DNA of 64,000 bases from Cetorhinus maximus (lineage: Eukaryota): positions 26,474,001 through 26,538,000 of the forward strand of contig NC_135887.1 in NCBI RefSeq assembly GCF_964194155.1, read 5' to 3'. Made by a program: the position numbers and the translations under genes. Within the stretch, counting starts at the first letter, position 1; every line of letters starts with the position of its first letter. A model generated the notes under the pieces. That model searched no databases and had not been told where the DNA came from. It worked only from the letters and a program-made list of their open reading frames with translations. Below are positions 50,401 through 59,519 of this stretch, in pieces.

Positions 50401-53400
50401 CTCCTTAATCAAGGAAGGATGTAAATGCATTGGAGGCGGTTAAAGGACGTTTACTAGATTGATACCTGGAATGGGTGTGTTGTCTTATGAGGATAGGCTG
50501 GGCAGACCAGGCTTGTTTCCACTGGAGTTTAGAAGAGTGAGGGGTGTTTTGACTGAAGAATATAAGATCCTGAACAGTCTCGAGAAGGTAGACGTGGAAA
50601 TGATGTTTCCTCTTGTGGGTGAGTCCAGAACTAGGGGGCACTGTTTTAAAATTAGGGGTTGCCCTTTTAGGACAGAGATGAGGAGAAATTCTTTCTCTGA
50701 CGGTTGTGCAACTTTGGAATTCTCTGCGTCAGAAGGTGGTGGAGGCGGGGTCATTGAATATTTTTAAGGCAGAGGTAGATAGATTCTTGTTAGACAAGGG
50801 AATCAAAGGTTATTGGGGGTAGATGGGAACGTAGAACTCAAAACAAACAGATCAGCCATGATCTTATTGAATGGCACAGCAGGCTCAAGGGGCCGAATGG
50901 CCTACTCCTGCTTCTTTTCCTATGTTTGTATTCTCCCTTTCATTAGCTCACCTGACCAAACTCCCTTTCATTCTCCTCCCAGCACTATCCCTGAGCTCAC
51001 ATCTTTCTCTAGTTTCTCTCTGATCTCCCCTCATGCCGTCTCTGAGCCACCTCCTGTTCCCTTGATCCTATTCCCACTAAACTGCTGATCACCCAACTTC
51101 CTCTCCTGCTCCCCACGTTACCCGATATTAGTGACGAGTTTCTCTCTTCAGATGTTGTCCGTCTCTCCTTTAAATCTGTCGTCATCACCCCTCTGCTCAA
51201 AAACCAACACTTGACCCCATCGTCCTTGCAAACTCCCATCCCATCTCCCAGCTCCATTTCTGCCACAGTCCTTGAAAGTGTCGTCACCTCCCAAATCCAT
51301 TCCCAACATTCCTGGAACTCCGTGTTTAATCGCTCCAATCAGGCTTCCACCCTGTCTCAGTCCCGAAACTGCTCTTAGCAAAGTCACAAATGACATCCTT
51401 TGTGACTGTGACAAAGGTAAATTTTTGCTCCTCGTCCTTCTTGGCTGGTCTGCAGCCTTTGACACAGTCACCACACCATCTTCCTCCAACACCTCTCCAC
51501 CATCGTCCAGCTGGATGGGATTGCTCTCGCCTGGGTCCATTCTTGTCTAACCATAGCCAGAGAGTCACTTGTAATGGCTTCTCTTCCTGTCCCTGCACCG
51601 TTACCTCTAGGGTACCCCAAGGATCTATCCATGGCCCCGCCTATTTCTCACCTACATGCTGCTCCTCGGTGACATCATCAGTTTTCACCTGTATCAATAC
51701 GCAGCTTGACCTCACCCCCACCTCTCTCAATCCCTCCACTGTCTCTAAATTATCAGACTGCTTATCTGACATCCAGTACTGGACGAGCAGAAATTTCCTC
51801 CAGTTAAAGTCATTGCCTTTGGTCCCCCATCACAAACTCTGTTCATTAGTCGCTGACTCCATCCCTCTCACTGGCAACTGCTTGAGGCTGAACCAGACCT
51901 AGCATAATTTTGGTGTTATATTTGACCCCGAGATGAACTTCTGGCCACATATCTGCGCTACCAGTAAGACTGCACATTTCCACCACTGTAACGTCTCCCA
52001 ACTTCATCCCTGTCTCAGTTCATCTGTAGCTGAAACCCTCATCCATTCAAAGGGGGAGATGGTGAAGTTGAGGTAGAAGATCAGCTATAGATTGATTGAA
52101 TGGCAAAGCTGGTCCAAAGGGCTGAATGGGCTACTCTTGCTCCTACTTCTTCCGTTCGTGTGCCTTTGTTACCTCTAGACTTGACTATTCCAATGCACTC
52201 CTGATCTTCCACATTCTACCCTCTATAACCTGAGATCATCCAAAAGTCTGCTGCCCTTGTCCTGAATCACACCAAGTCTCCTTCATCCCTCACTCCCTGT
52301 GCTCTCCAGCCAATACTGACTCCTGGTTCAGCAATGCCTTGATTTTAAAGTCATCATCCTTGTTTTCAAATTCCTCCATGGCCTAGCCCGTTCCTTTCTC
52401 TGTAATCACCTCCAACCCCACAAACCTTTCAGATATCCACTAATTCTGGCTTCTTGAGAATCCCCGCTTTCCATCGCACCACCATTGACAGCCATGCTCA
52501 ACTGTTGAGGCCCTAAGCTCTGGAATTCTCTCTTAAATCTCTCTACTTATGTCTTCTCCTGTAAGGCGCTCCTTAAAACAGCCTCTTGGACCAAGATCAC
52601 CTACCCTAATACCTCGTCCTGTGGCTCGGTCTTTTGCATTTTGGGACATTTTATTACTTGAAAGGTGATATATAAATATAAGTTGTTGTTGTTATTTGCA
52701 ACAACTAAGCTCAGGGGAGAGGTGAGTGCTGGACCTCACTGGTACTCCCTCATCGCCTGATTCCTCCAGCTCTAAGTGTCCGGTTTTGTTTCAGGGAGCA
52801 GAACAAGGAGCTGCTAAGGAGAATGAAGAATTGCCAAGAGGAACAGCAGATCACCCAGCACAGGAACAGGCAACTATTATGGAAGCTGCAGGAGCTGGAG
52901 AGGTACGAGGGACTCAGCTGGATTCCCAACGGGGGTGAAAATGAATTCATCACTCATCGATTAACACACTTGCCCGCAACACGCTCTCACAGACTGGCCC
53001 ACTCATCCATCCCTCACAGGCTGTCAAACTCAAAACATTGGGCTGTGAAGGAGAAGCAGTGAGCTTCAGAAGGGAAATGGTTCAAGACACATGCCAGACA
53101 CTCGAGCATAAAATCTAGGTGGACACTAGTGCCTCACTGTCGGAGGGACGGTGCTGAGGGAGGGCCGCACTGTCAGAGGGTCAGTGCTGAGGGAGCGCCG
53201 CACTGTCGGAGGGTCAGTGCTGAGGGAGCGCCGCACTGTCGGAGGGTCAGTGCTGAGGGAGCGCCGCGCTGTCAGAGGGTCAGTGCTGAGGGAGTGCCGC
53301 GCTGTCAGAGGGTCAGTGCTGAGGGAGCGCCGCGCTGTCGGAGGGTCATGCTGAGGGAGCGCCACACTGTCGGAGAGTCAGTACTGGGAGTGCCACACAG

Positions 53401-56400
53401 TCTGTGGGGCTGCTGTTCTGATGAGACTTTAAACTAAGGCCTCATCACTCTCTCAAGTGGACGATAAAGATCCCATGGCACTACTTGAAGAAGAGTGTAC
53501 TCCTAGATGTCCTGACCAATATTCATACTTCAATCAACATCACTAAAAAGCAGATGATCTGGGTCATTATCACATTGCAGTTTGCAGGATCTTGATGTGT
53601 GCAAAGTGACTGCAGCATTTTATATGTTACAACAGTGACTACCCTTCATTTGGTGTGTTGAGCAATGGGGTGGCCTGAGATTGTGAAAGACATTACATAA
53701 ATACAAGTCTTTCTCTGCTTTCCCCAAAGATTGATTCTGTCATCACCCCACGGCAACACAGGGTTTACCTGGGAGAATATTGAGAGGCTCAATGACTCAC
53801 CAACTGCTCAACTTCCATCACCTCCCTTGGGAATACTCAACTATTCTCGAACCCCTGCTGGTCAGGTAAGGCTGGGAGTGTTATTACTGCCAACACTACC
53901 TTTACACCCACTCGAGTACTGTGTCTGATTCTGGGCATCACACTTACAAAAAGATGTCAAGACCTTGGAGAGTGCAGAGGAGATTTAATAGAATGGTACC
54001 AGGAATGAACGGCTTCAGTTCTGTGGAGAGACTGAGGGGTTTTATATAGGGCAGAGAAGGTTCAGAGGAGATTTGATAGAGAGGTTCAAAATCATGCCTG
54101 TTTGATGGAGTAAATAAGGATAGTGTCTCTAGTAACTGGGGGTTCAGTCACCAGAGGGCACAGTATCTGGGGGGTTCAGTCACCAGAGGGCACAGTATCT
54201 GGGGGGTTCAGTCACCAGAGGGCACAGTATCTGGGGGGGTTCAGTCACCAGAGGGCACAGTATCTGGGGGGTTCAGTCACCAGAGGGCACAGTAACTGGG
54301 GGTTCAGTCACCAGAGGGCACAGTAACTGGGGGTTCAGTCACCAGAGGGCACAGTAACTGGAGGTTCAGTCACCAGAGGGCACAGTAACTGGGGGGTTCA
54401 GTCACCAGAGGGCACAGTATCTGGGGGGTTCAGTCACCAGAGGGCACAGTATCTGGGGGGTTCAGTAACCAGAGGGCACAGTAACTGGGGGGGTTCAGTC
54501 ACCAGAGGGCACAGTAACTGGGGGGGTTCAGTAACCAGAGGGCACAGTAACTGGGGGTTCAGTCACCAGAGGGCACTGTAACTGGGGGTTCAGTCACCAG
54601 AGGGCACAGTAACTGGGGGTTCAGTCACCAGAGGGCACAGATTTAAGATCATTGACAAAGATCAAAAGGCGACACGATGAAAACCATTTTCAGCGAGTTG
54701 TTGAGATCTGGAACATGCTGACTTGAAAGGGTGGTGGAAACAGATTCAATAGTAACTTTTGAAAGGGAATTGGATAAATAGTTGAACATGAAAAATTTAC
54801 AGGGCTGTAGGGGAAGAACAGGGGCATGGAACTAATTGGATAGCTCTTTCAAAGAGCCAGCACAGACATGACAGGCCAAATGGCCTCCTTCTGTGCTGTA
54901 ATATTCTGAGATTCTATGGATCGAGAAACATGGCTTAATCTGGCAATTCATCATTAAGCAGATCATTATAAACAACCAGTCACAGGTTATCACCCAGATA
55001 TAGCTCACCTCCGAGGAGCTGTTGATAATTCCAGGGACTGGAAATTGCTGGAGAAATTTGCTGGCTTGTTAAGACGATTGAAAATTTGGTTTATCTTCTT
55101 TTCTTTCCATTTATTCATGAGCTGTGGGTGTCACTGACAAGACCAGCATGTTACCCATCCCTAAAAGCCCTTGAGAAAGTGCCACCATTACTGATATTAG
55201 CTTTTTATTCCAGATTTATTTATTTAATTGAGTGCAAGTTCCCCAGTTGCCATGATAGGAATTAATGTCTCCAGATCATTAGAGCTCAGGATTAGTCCTC
55301 AGGATTACTGATTTACATAACCACCATTTTACCATACGCGTTGCAGAATGGTTGCCAGGATCCCTCCCTCACTGGGGTGTCTCTGGTCTGGGACCCCTCC
55401 CCTAATCAGATCTCAGTCACTGGAACTCCTGCCTCACGGTGGGGGTGGGGGTCTCGATGGCTGTTTATAGCTGCATTCCCTTTCCCACCTCTTCTCCTGA
55501 GCCCTCTGTGTATAAGCTCATCTTTGGTACTACAGCCAAGTGACCATTTAGCCCTGGGAATCTGCACTAGTCTCATTGCTGGGACAGTAACTGAGGGGCA
55601 GGCACCCGCTGCAGTCTCTCCATCAGAAACCAAGGAGCACAGAGCCTGTGACAGCCCATCCTGCAACCAGCCCCCTCAGCACAGTCCGAGCAGAGACTGG
55701 GTGCTTCCTGCTTGGGCTCAGTACCACACCCCTCCCACGGTATTGGTCCACATTCCCAGGAAGCGAGCTGGGTGGCTCTCTATTAAATAATAACTTCATC
55801 TGTTCCCTCTCTTACAGGTCAGTCAAGTGTTCCCAGTCTCCAACAGATGTGGCTCCCAACAGGACCAGGATCAACAGCAGCCAGATCAGACCCTGCATCA
55901 CAGGAACAAGTGAGGGGGGACTTTAGGGTGAAGGACTACAAGGGAGGAGTGTTAAACTCCATGTGACATGGTGTCAGAGCTGCCTCGCCTATAGGCAGCC
56001 ATGTTTACCCTCCTACTCCTCTCCCCAGGGGGCTGCCATTTACTGGGGTTCAGGCTCCATCTGCCCTGTTCTCTGCTGCTTTGTCCCTTCTTCATGTGGG
56101 AACCTAGACAGTAAATGTCAGCAGGATATTCCACTGGGAGAGGCATCACATGGCCCCAATTCTAGCCTCCCCCCCACTCCCACCCCCATTCATCATGCAC
56201 AGGCTGAGCAACTGGCATCACTGAAAAATTATTGGGTGCAAGAACATGGGGCTAAAAGGGTTAAATGACAAGGACAGACTGCACAGACCAGGCTTGTATT
56301 CCCGAGTGCAGAAAATGAAGGGGTGATCTAATCAAGGTGATTAAAGGAGTTGATGGTTTCCTTCTGTTGACCCTATTCTCTCTGGTGAGGGAAGGCCAGA

Positions 56401-57664
56401 ACATGGGGACAGAATCATCAAGTTCCAGCCAGGCCCTTCAGGGAGCATTGTCAGGAAACACTTCTTCACACAAAGGGGAGTGGAAATCTGGAACTCTCTC
56501 CCCCTAAAAATTGCTGCGGCTAGGGTTAATTGAAAGTTTCAAAACCAGGATTGATAGATTTTTGTTGAGTAAGGATAGAGAGATGTGGAACCAAGACAAG
56601 AAAATTAAGTGGAAGTACAGATCATTTTCAAAAGGAAACCAGACAAGTACATGAGAGAAAAGGGAATAGAAGGAAAAACTGAAAACTGAGATGAGGGAGA
56701 TGGAATTGCAGGAGTATAAACAGCAGCTCAGACCAGGTAGACCGAAAGACTTTTTTCTGGGCTGTATGTTCTATATAATGCTACTTAACTGGCTCGAGGG
56801 TTGAAAGGCTGCCTCCTGTCCCTATGCTCCTGGACATTGCGCTAGGCGCTGACTGTCAGTGAATAATCTGCCCTGTCCTCAGTGAGCTAGCTTGGGAAGG
56901 CAGCTCTCACTGGTCCCAGTTACTGATTCTCTCCCTCTTTACATCATGTTCAGAAGTCGCTCTCAGATTGGTCGCTTAATGGATCAACACCAGCGTCACG
57001 ATGACAAGAAGCTCCTGCCACATGACCTTCTACCTGCATCCTACAACAGTGTGGTGCCCTCTGCCCCCCCACTGCCCACAACCCCTGACCAACCTGCTAA
57101 GCAGCAACAATCGGTTAACAGGTCAGTTTTGGACAATTTATTGGTGCAACTTTATCAAATATGCACTCACGCCACGGACTTGCCACGAGTGGCTGGCACA
57201 CTCACCTCACATACATTCCACAAGCTCGCAAACTTACCAAGGGCGGCTATATCAACCAGGCCTCAGCAAAGACCCGTCCTTCCTGCCCCAGCTGTGGGAC
57301 ACTAAGGCCCATTGAGACCTGGGAGTGTTTGATGGGGACAGTGTAGAGGGAGCTTTACTCTGTATCTAACCCTGTGCTGCATCTGTCCTGGGAGTGTTTG
57401 ATGGGGACAGTGTAGAGAAAGCTTTACTCTGTATCTAACCCTGTGCTGTACCTGTCCTGGGAGTGTTTGATGGGGACAGTGTAGAGAAAGCTTTACTCTG
57501 TATCTAACCCTGTGCTGTACCTGTCCTGGGAGTGTTTGATGGGGACAATGTAGAGAAAGCTTTACTCTGTATCTAACCCTGTGCTGTACCTGTCCTGGGA
57601 GTGTTTGGTGGGGAGAGTGTGAAGGGAGCTTTACTCTGAATGCTTTCTCTCTTGCTGCAGGTAA
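29432..57664 (+). CDS. KIF12: KIF12-like kinesin (kinesin-16 type), about 617-677 aa; join(29432-29448,29561-29620,34207-34285,34399-34520,37111-37186,39728-39862,41843-41978,44165-44256,46902-47049,47192-47307,47455-47559,48151-48298,49430-49541,52795-52902,53730-53865,55818-55909,56954-57121[or -57305],57661-57664)
   Basis: Motor motifs [81 protein letters not shown]12-type features [16 protein letters not shown] and tail [16 protein letters not shown]. Open frame across all junctions. Orthologue vs paralogue of KIF12 and the 3' end are unresolved. Confidence 0.85.
29561..29620 (+). CDS. KIF12: KIF12-like exon 2
   Basis: [20 protein letters not shown]; TTTCTCGCAG| and |GTAAAA. Confidence 0.85.
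29647..30737. repeat. (GA)n / GAGAAATCA purine-rich repeat
   Basis: Read directly; starts about 27 bp after the exon 2 donor. Confidence 0.95.
30838..31230 (+). mobile_element. CR1 3' fragment
   Basis: [17 protein letters not shown]...RTRGHRFK. Confidence 0.85.
31985..33733. repeat. 44-bp minisatellite (GTGACAGACCTGTCCCCACCAGTACTGTACCCCAGTGTTATACA)
   Basis: Read directly. Confidence 0.95.
34207..34285 (+). CDS. KIF12: KIF12-like exon 3
   Basis: [26 protein letters not shown] |GTGAGT. Confidence 0.9.
34399..34520 (+). CDS. KIF12: KIF12-like exon 4
   Basis: [41 protein letters not shown]. Confidence 0.9.
34560..36525. repeat. 22-bp minisatellite (GGGTGTCACTCTCTGGGGGAC[A/T])
   Basis: Read directly. 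Confidence 0.95.
37111..37186 (+). CDS. KIF12: KIF12-like exon 5 (P-loop)
   Basis: [25 protein letters not shown]. Confidence 0.93.
37388..38142. repeat. 30-bp minisatellite (AGAGAGTCAGCACCTTCAGGGGAGGGGGAG)
   Basis: Read directly; highly homogeneous. Confidence 0.95.
38190..39665. repeat. 27-29-bp minisatellite (TGTGTGGGACTGTCCTGTGTTTCTCAGCG), interrupted by an antisense LINE 3' end at about 38997-39217
   Basis: Read directly; the insert matches 6300-6660. Confidence 0.93.
39728..39862 (+). CDS. KIF12: KIF12-like exon 6
   Basis: [17 protein letters not shown]...[12 protein letters not shown]. Confidence 0.92.
40267..41645. repeat. 33-bp minisatellite (GTGAGAGTCAGCACCTTCAGGAACTGTCCCCCA)
   Basis: Read directly. 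Confidence 0.95.
41843..41978 (+). CDS. KIF12: KIF12-like exon 7
   Basis: [28 protein letters not shown]...VIGE. Confidence 0.92.
42052..43262. repeat. About 50-bp degenerate minisatellite (CCCAAACTAATCCCACTGCCCC..CTCTCCCCATAGCCCTGTATCAAT)
   Basis: Read directly. Confidence 0.9.
43263..44032 (+). mobile_element. LINE 3' fragment (MEYSPLAW...HHHLLKGN family)
   Basis: ORF 43546-43971 and A-rich end; same family as 3375-5467. Confidence 0.88.
44165..44256 (+). CDS. KIF12: KIF12-like exon 8 (switch I)
   Basis: [30 protein letters not shown]. Confidence 0.93.
44257..44790. repeat. Purine/G-rich repeat of about 30 bp (GGGATAGGGAGGGATGGGGAGGGGAGGAGT)
   Basis: Begins at the exon 8 donor. Confidence 0.92.
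46243..46796. repeat. G-rich repeat (GGGGGTCGGTGTGGGGGGTCGGGAC)
   Basis: Read directly. Confidence 0.92.
46902..47049 (+). CDS. KIF12: KIF12-like exon 9 (switch II)
   Basis: [20 protein letters not shown]...INRSLLAL. Confidence 0.93.
47192..47307 (+). CDS. KIF12: KIF12-like exon 10
   Basis: [38 protein letters not shown]. Confidence 0.94.
47455..47559 (+). CDS. KIF12: KIF12-like exon 11
   Basis: [35 protein letters not shown]. Confidence 0.94.
48151..48298 (+). CDS. KIF12: KIF12-like exon 12 (neck coil)
   Basis: [24 protein letters not shown]...; phases fit both neighbours. Confidence 0.8.
48527..49383. repeat. 69-bp satellite, about 12 units (GGGAGTGTTTGATGGGGACAGTGTAGAGGGAGCTTTACTCTGTATCTAACCCCGTGCTGTACCTGTCCT)
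   Basis: Read directly. Confidence 0.95.
49430..49541 (+). CDS. KIF12: KIF12-like exon 13
   Basis: ...[17 protein letters not shown], like KIF12 LYGMLQEFMLENERLR. Confidence 0.85.
49808..50930 (+). mobile_element. Degenerate CR1 RT/3' fragment with an insertion at 50196-50329
   Basis: [24 protein letters not shown] motifs and CR1 tail. Confidence 0.88.
50196..50329 (+). mobile_element. 134-bp insertion with 12-bp TSD and hammerhead-like core (Penelope-like terminal fragment)
   Basis: TSD ATAAAAGTAAGG at 50184-50195 and 50330-50341; CTGAAGA-A-GGGTC-atacg-GACTC-GAAACGTT at 50198-50228. Confidence 0.7.
50985..52690 (+). mobile_element. Degenerate L2-clade LINE
   Basis: [12 protein letters not shown]..LLVLLxxSAAFDTV and VPQGSI RT motifs; ends in ATATATAAATATAAGTTGTTGTTG. 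Confidence 0.85.
52795..52902 (+). CDS. KIF12: KIF12-like exon 14 (coiled coil)
   Basis: [36 protein letters not shown]. Confidence 0.85.
53060..53714 (+). mobile_element. Deu-domain SINE (SacSINE1/AmnSINE1-like) with an internal 33-bp tandem expansion (53135-53400)
   Basis: AAAGATCCCATGGCACTA..GAAGAAGAG..TGTCCTGACCAATATT..AACATCACTAAAA..GGTCATTATCACATTGC resembles the Deu core as I recall it (not searched). Confidence 0.7.
53730..53865 (+). CDS. KIF12: KIF12-like exon 15
   Basis: LILSSPHG...TPAGQ |GTAAGG; phases fit. Confidence 0.72.
53895..54917 (+). mobile_element. CR1 3' fragment with an internal 31-33-bp tandem array (54131-54640)
   Basis: CR1 sequence resumes with AGATTTAAG after the array. 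Confidence 0.85.
55818..55909 (+). CDS. KIF12: KIF12-like exon 16
   Basis: TCTCTTACAG acceptor, AA|GTGAGG donor, open frame. Confidence 0.65.
56235..56830 (+). mobile_element. Degenerate CR1 3' fragments
   Basis: CTTCTTCACACAAAGGG..GGAAATCTGGAACTCTCTCCCC motifs and tails. Confidence 0.65.
56954..57121 (+). CDS. KIF12: KIF12-like exon 17 (may read on to a stop at 57305)
   Basis: SRSQIGRLM...VVPSAPPLP; candidate donor AG|GTCAGT at 57121/57122. Confidence 0.6.
57318..57638. repeat. 69-bp satellite, 4-5 units
   Basis: Same unit as 48527-49383. Confidence 0.93.
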
Positions 57665-57846
57665 CCCATTCAGCTGTTCACTGTACGAGGACATACCTTT
57701 ACAGGATGGAAATACAACCACCAAAAATCTGAGTGAGCTGTGACCAGCTGTAACCATAGTAACCAAAGGATTACTTTACCTGAAAGGATGAGTTAATCAT
57801 TGAATTTTTTTTACAGTGACATGTCTATCTGTCCATCTGTTTGTTG

Positions 57847-57852
57847 AATAAA
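57847..57852 (+). terminator. Candidate polyadenylation signal of KIF12-like
   Basis: AATAAA about 190 bp downstream of the strong acceptor at 57660. Confidence 0.5.
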
Positions 57853-58537
57853 AATCTCTTTTAATATTGTCGGGCTGGATTTGTTCCCTCCGGAGACCAT
57901 GCATATGTGCGCACAGTCCGAGAGAGATTACAGGTACACACACGCTCCGAGAGTGTGCACACACAAGGAGACAGTGCACATAGACGCCAACACAAGCAGA
58001 CACTTACTCTGCACACATGCGTAGATTCCCATTGTGATCTTTATCATTCCCAGTTATTTCATGAAACTGAACAGCTCAGTGCATTTCTACAAACATCAGG
58101 AAGCCCCTTACTGTGAGGAGCCAGCTGTGCCAGGTTCATTTGCGGCTCTGTCGAATGTGGATGACAAGCTTCCCTTGGCCGGGTGAATCCTGTCCAGTGG
58201 AGTCTCCTTGGATTTCCCATGTGCCCAGTGTTGTGATCCATAGATGGTTGAACACATTGGTTGGTTAGTTGATGATCCAGTCACTCTTTGTAACATGCTG
58301 AGTGTTAGGGAGACACAGGGAACTGGCTGGGCAGGGTCTGCAGGCAGGACTTCATTTCACTCAACTCGATCATCATCTCATGTTCAGCTCCACAGTGCAG
58401 GGAGAGAAGGCACTCAGCCTGTTCAATAACACTCAATGCTTCATCCACAACATGTCTAAAAATGACAGGAAGGAACAGTCAGGCCAGGCAGACAGGAAAC
58501 TGTGGTGGGGTATCAGGTCTGACCGCCCACATGCAAA

Positions 58538-59510
58538 ATAGGAAGGGTAGGCCATTCAGCCCCTCGAGCCTGCTCTGCCATTCAATAAGATCGTGGCCGA
58601 TCTTCTTGTGTTTGAATTCACGTTCCCATCTATCCCCGATAACCTTTGATTCCCTTGCCTAACAAGAATCTATCTACCTCTGCCTTAAAAATATTCAACG
58701 ACCCCACTTCCATCACCTTCTGAGGCAGAGAGTTCCAAAGTCGCACAACCCTCAGAGAAAAAAAATTCTCCTCATCTCTGCCCTCAAGGCACAACCCCTA
58801 ATTTTAAAACACTGCCCCCCTAGTTCTGGTCTCACCCACTTTTCGCGTCCACCTTGTCAAGGCCATTCAGGATCTTGAATATTTCAATTAAGTCACCCCT
58901 CACTCTTCTAAACTCTAGTGGAAACGAGCCCAGTCTGTCTAACCTTTCCTCATAAGACAACCTGCTCGTTCCAGGTATCAATCTAGTAAACCTCCTCTGA
59001 ACCGCCTCCAGTTCATTTACATCCTTCTTTAAATAAGGAAACCAAAACTGCACACAGTATTCAAGATGCGGTCTCACCAATGTCTTGTATAACTGAAGCA
59101 TAGCCTCCTTACTTTAATGTTCAACTCCACTTGTAATAAAGGATAGCATTCCATTAGCCTCCTTAATTACTGGCTGTACCTGCATACTAACTATTTGTGA
59201 TTCATGCATGAGAACACCTAGATCCCTCTGCACTTCGGAATTCTGCAGTTGTTCTCCATTTAAGTAATACTCTGCTTTTTTAATTTTCCTCCAAAGTGAA
59301 CTTAACATTTTCCCATATTATACTCTATTTGCCAGATTTTTGCCCACTCACTCAACCTATCTATATCCGTCTGCAACCTCCTTATGTCCTCTTCACAACA
59401 TACTCCTATCTTTGTGTCATCTGCTCCCCTTGTCTAAGACATTGATATAAATTGTAAAAAGTTGAGGCCCCAGGACTCCACTCATCACATCCTGCCAATC
59501 AGACAAAGTC
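58538..59510 (-). mobile_element. CR1 LINE 3' fragment
   Basis: [20 protein letters not shown] 58832-59101. Confidence 0.9.
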
Positions 59511-59519
59511 TCATTTGGG

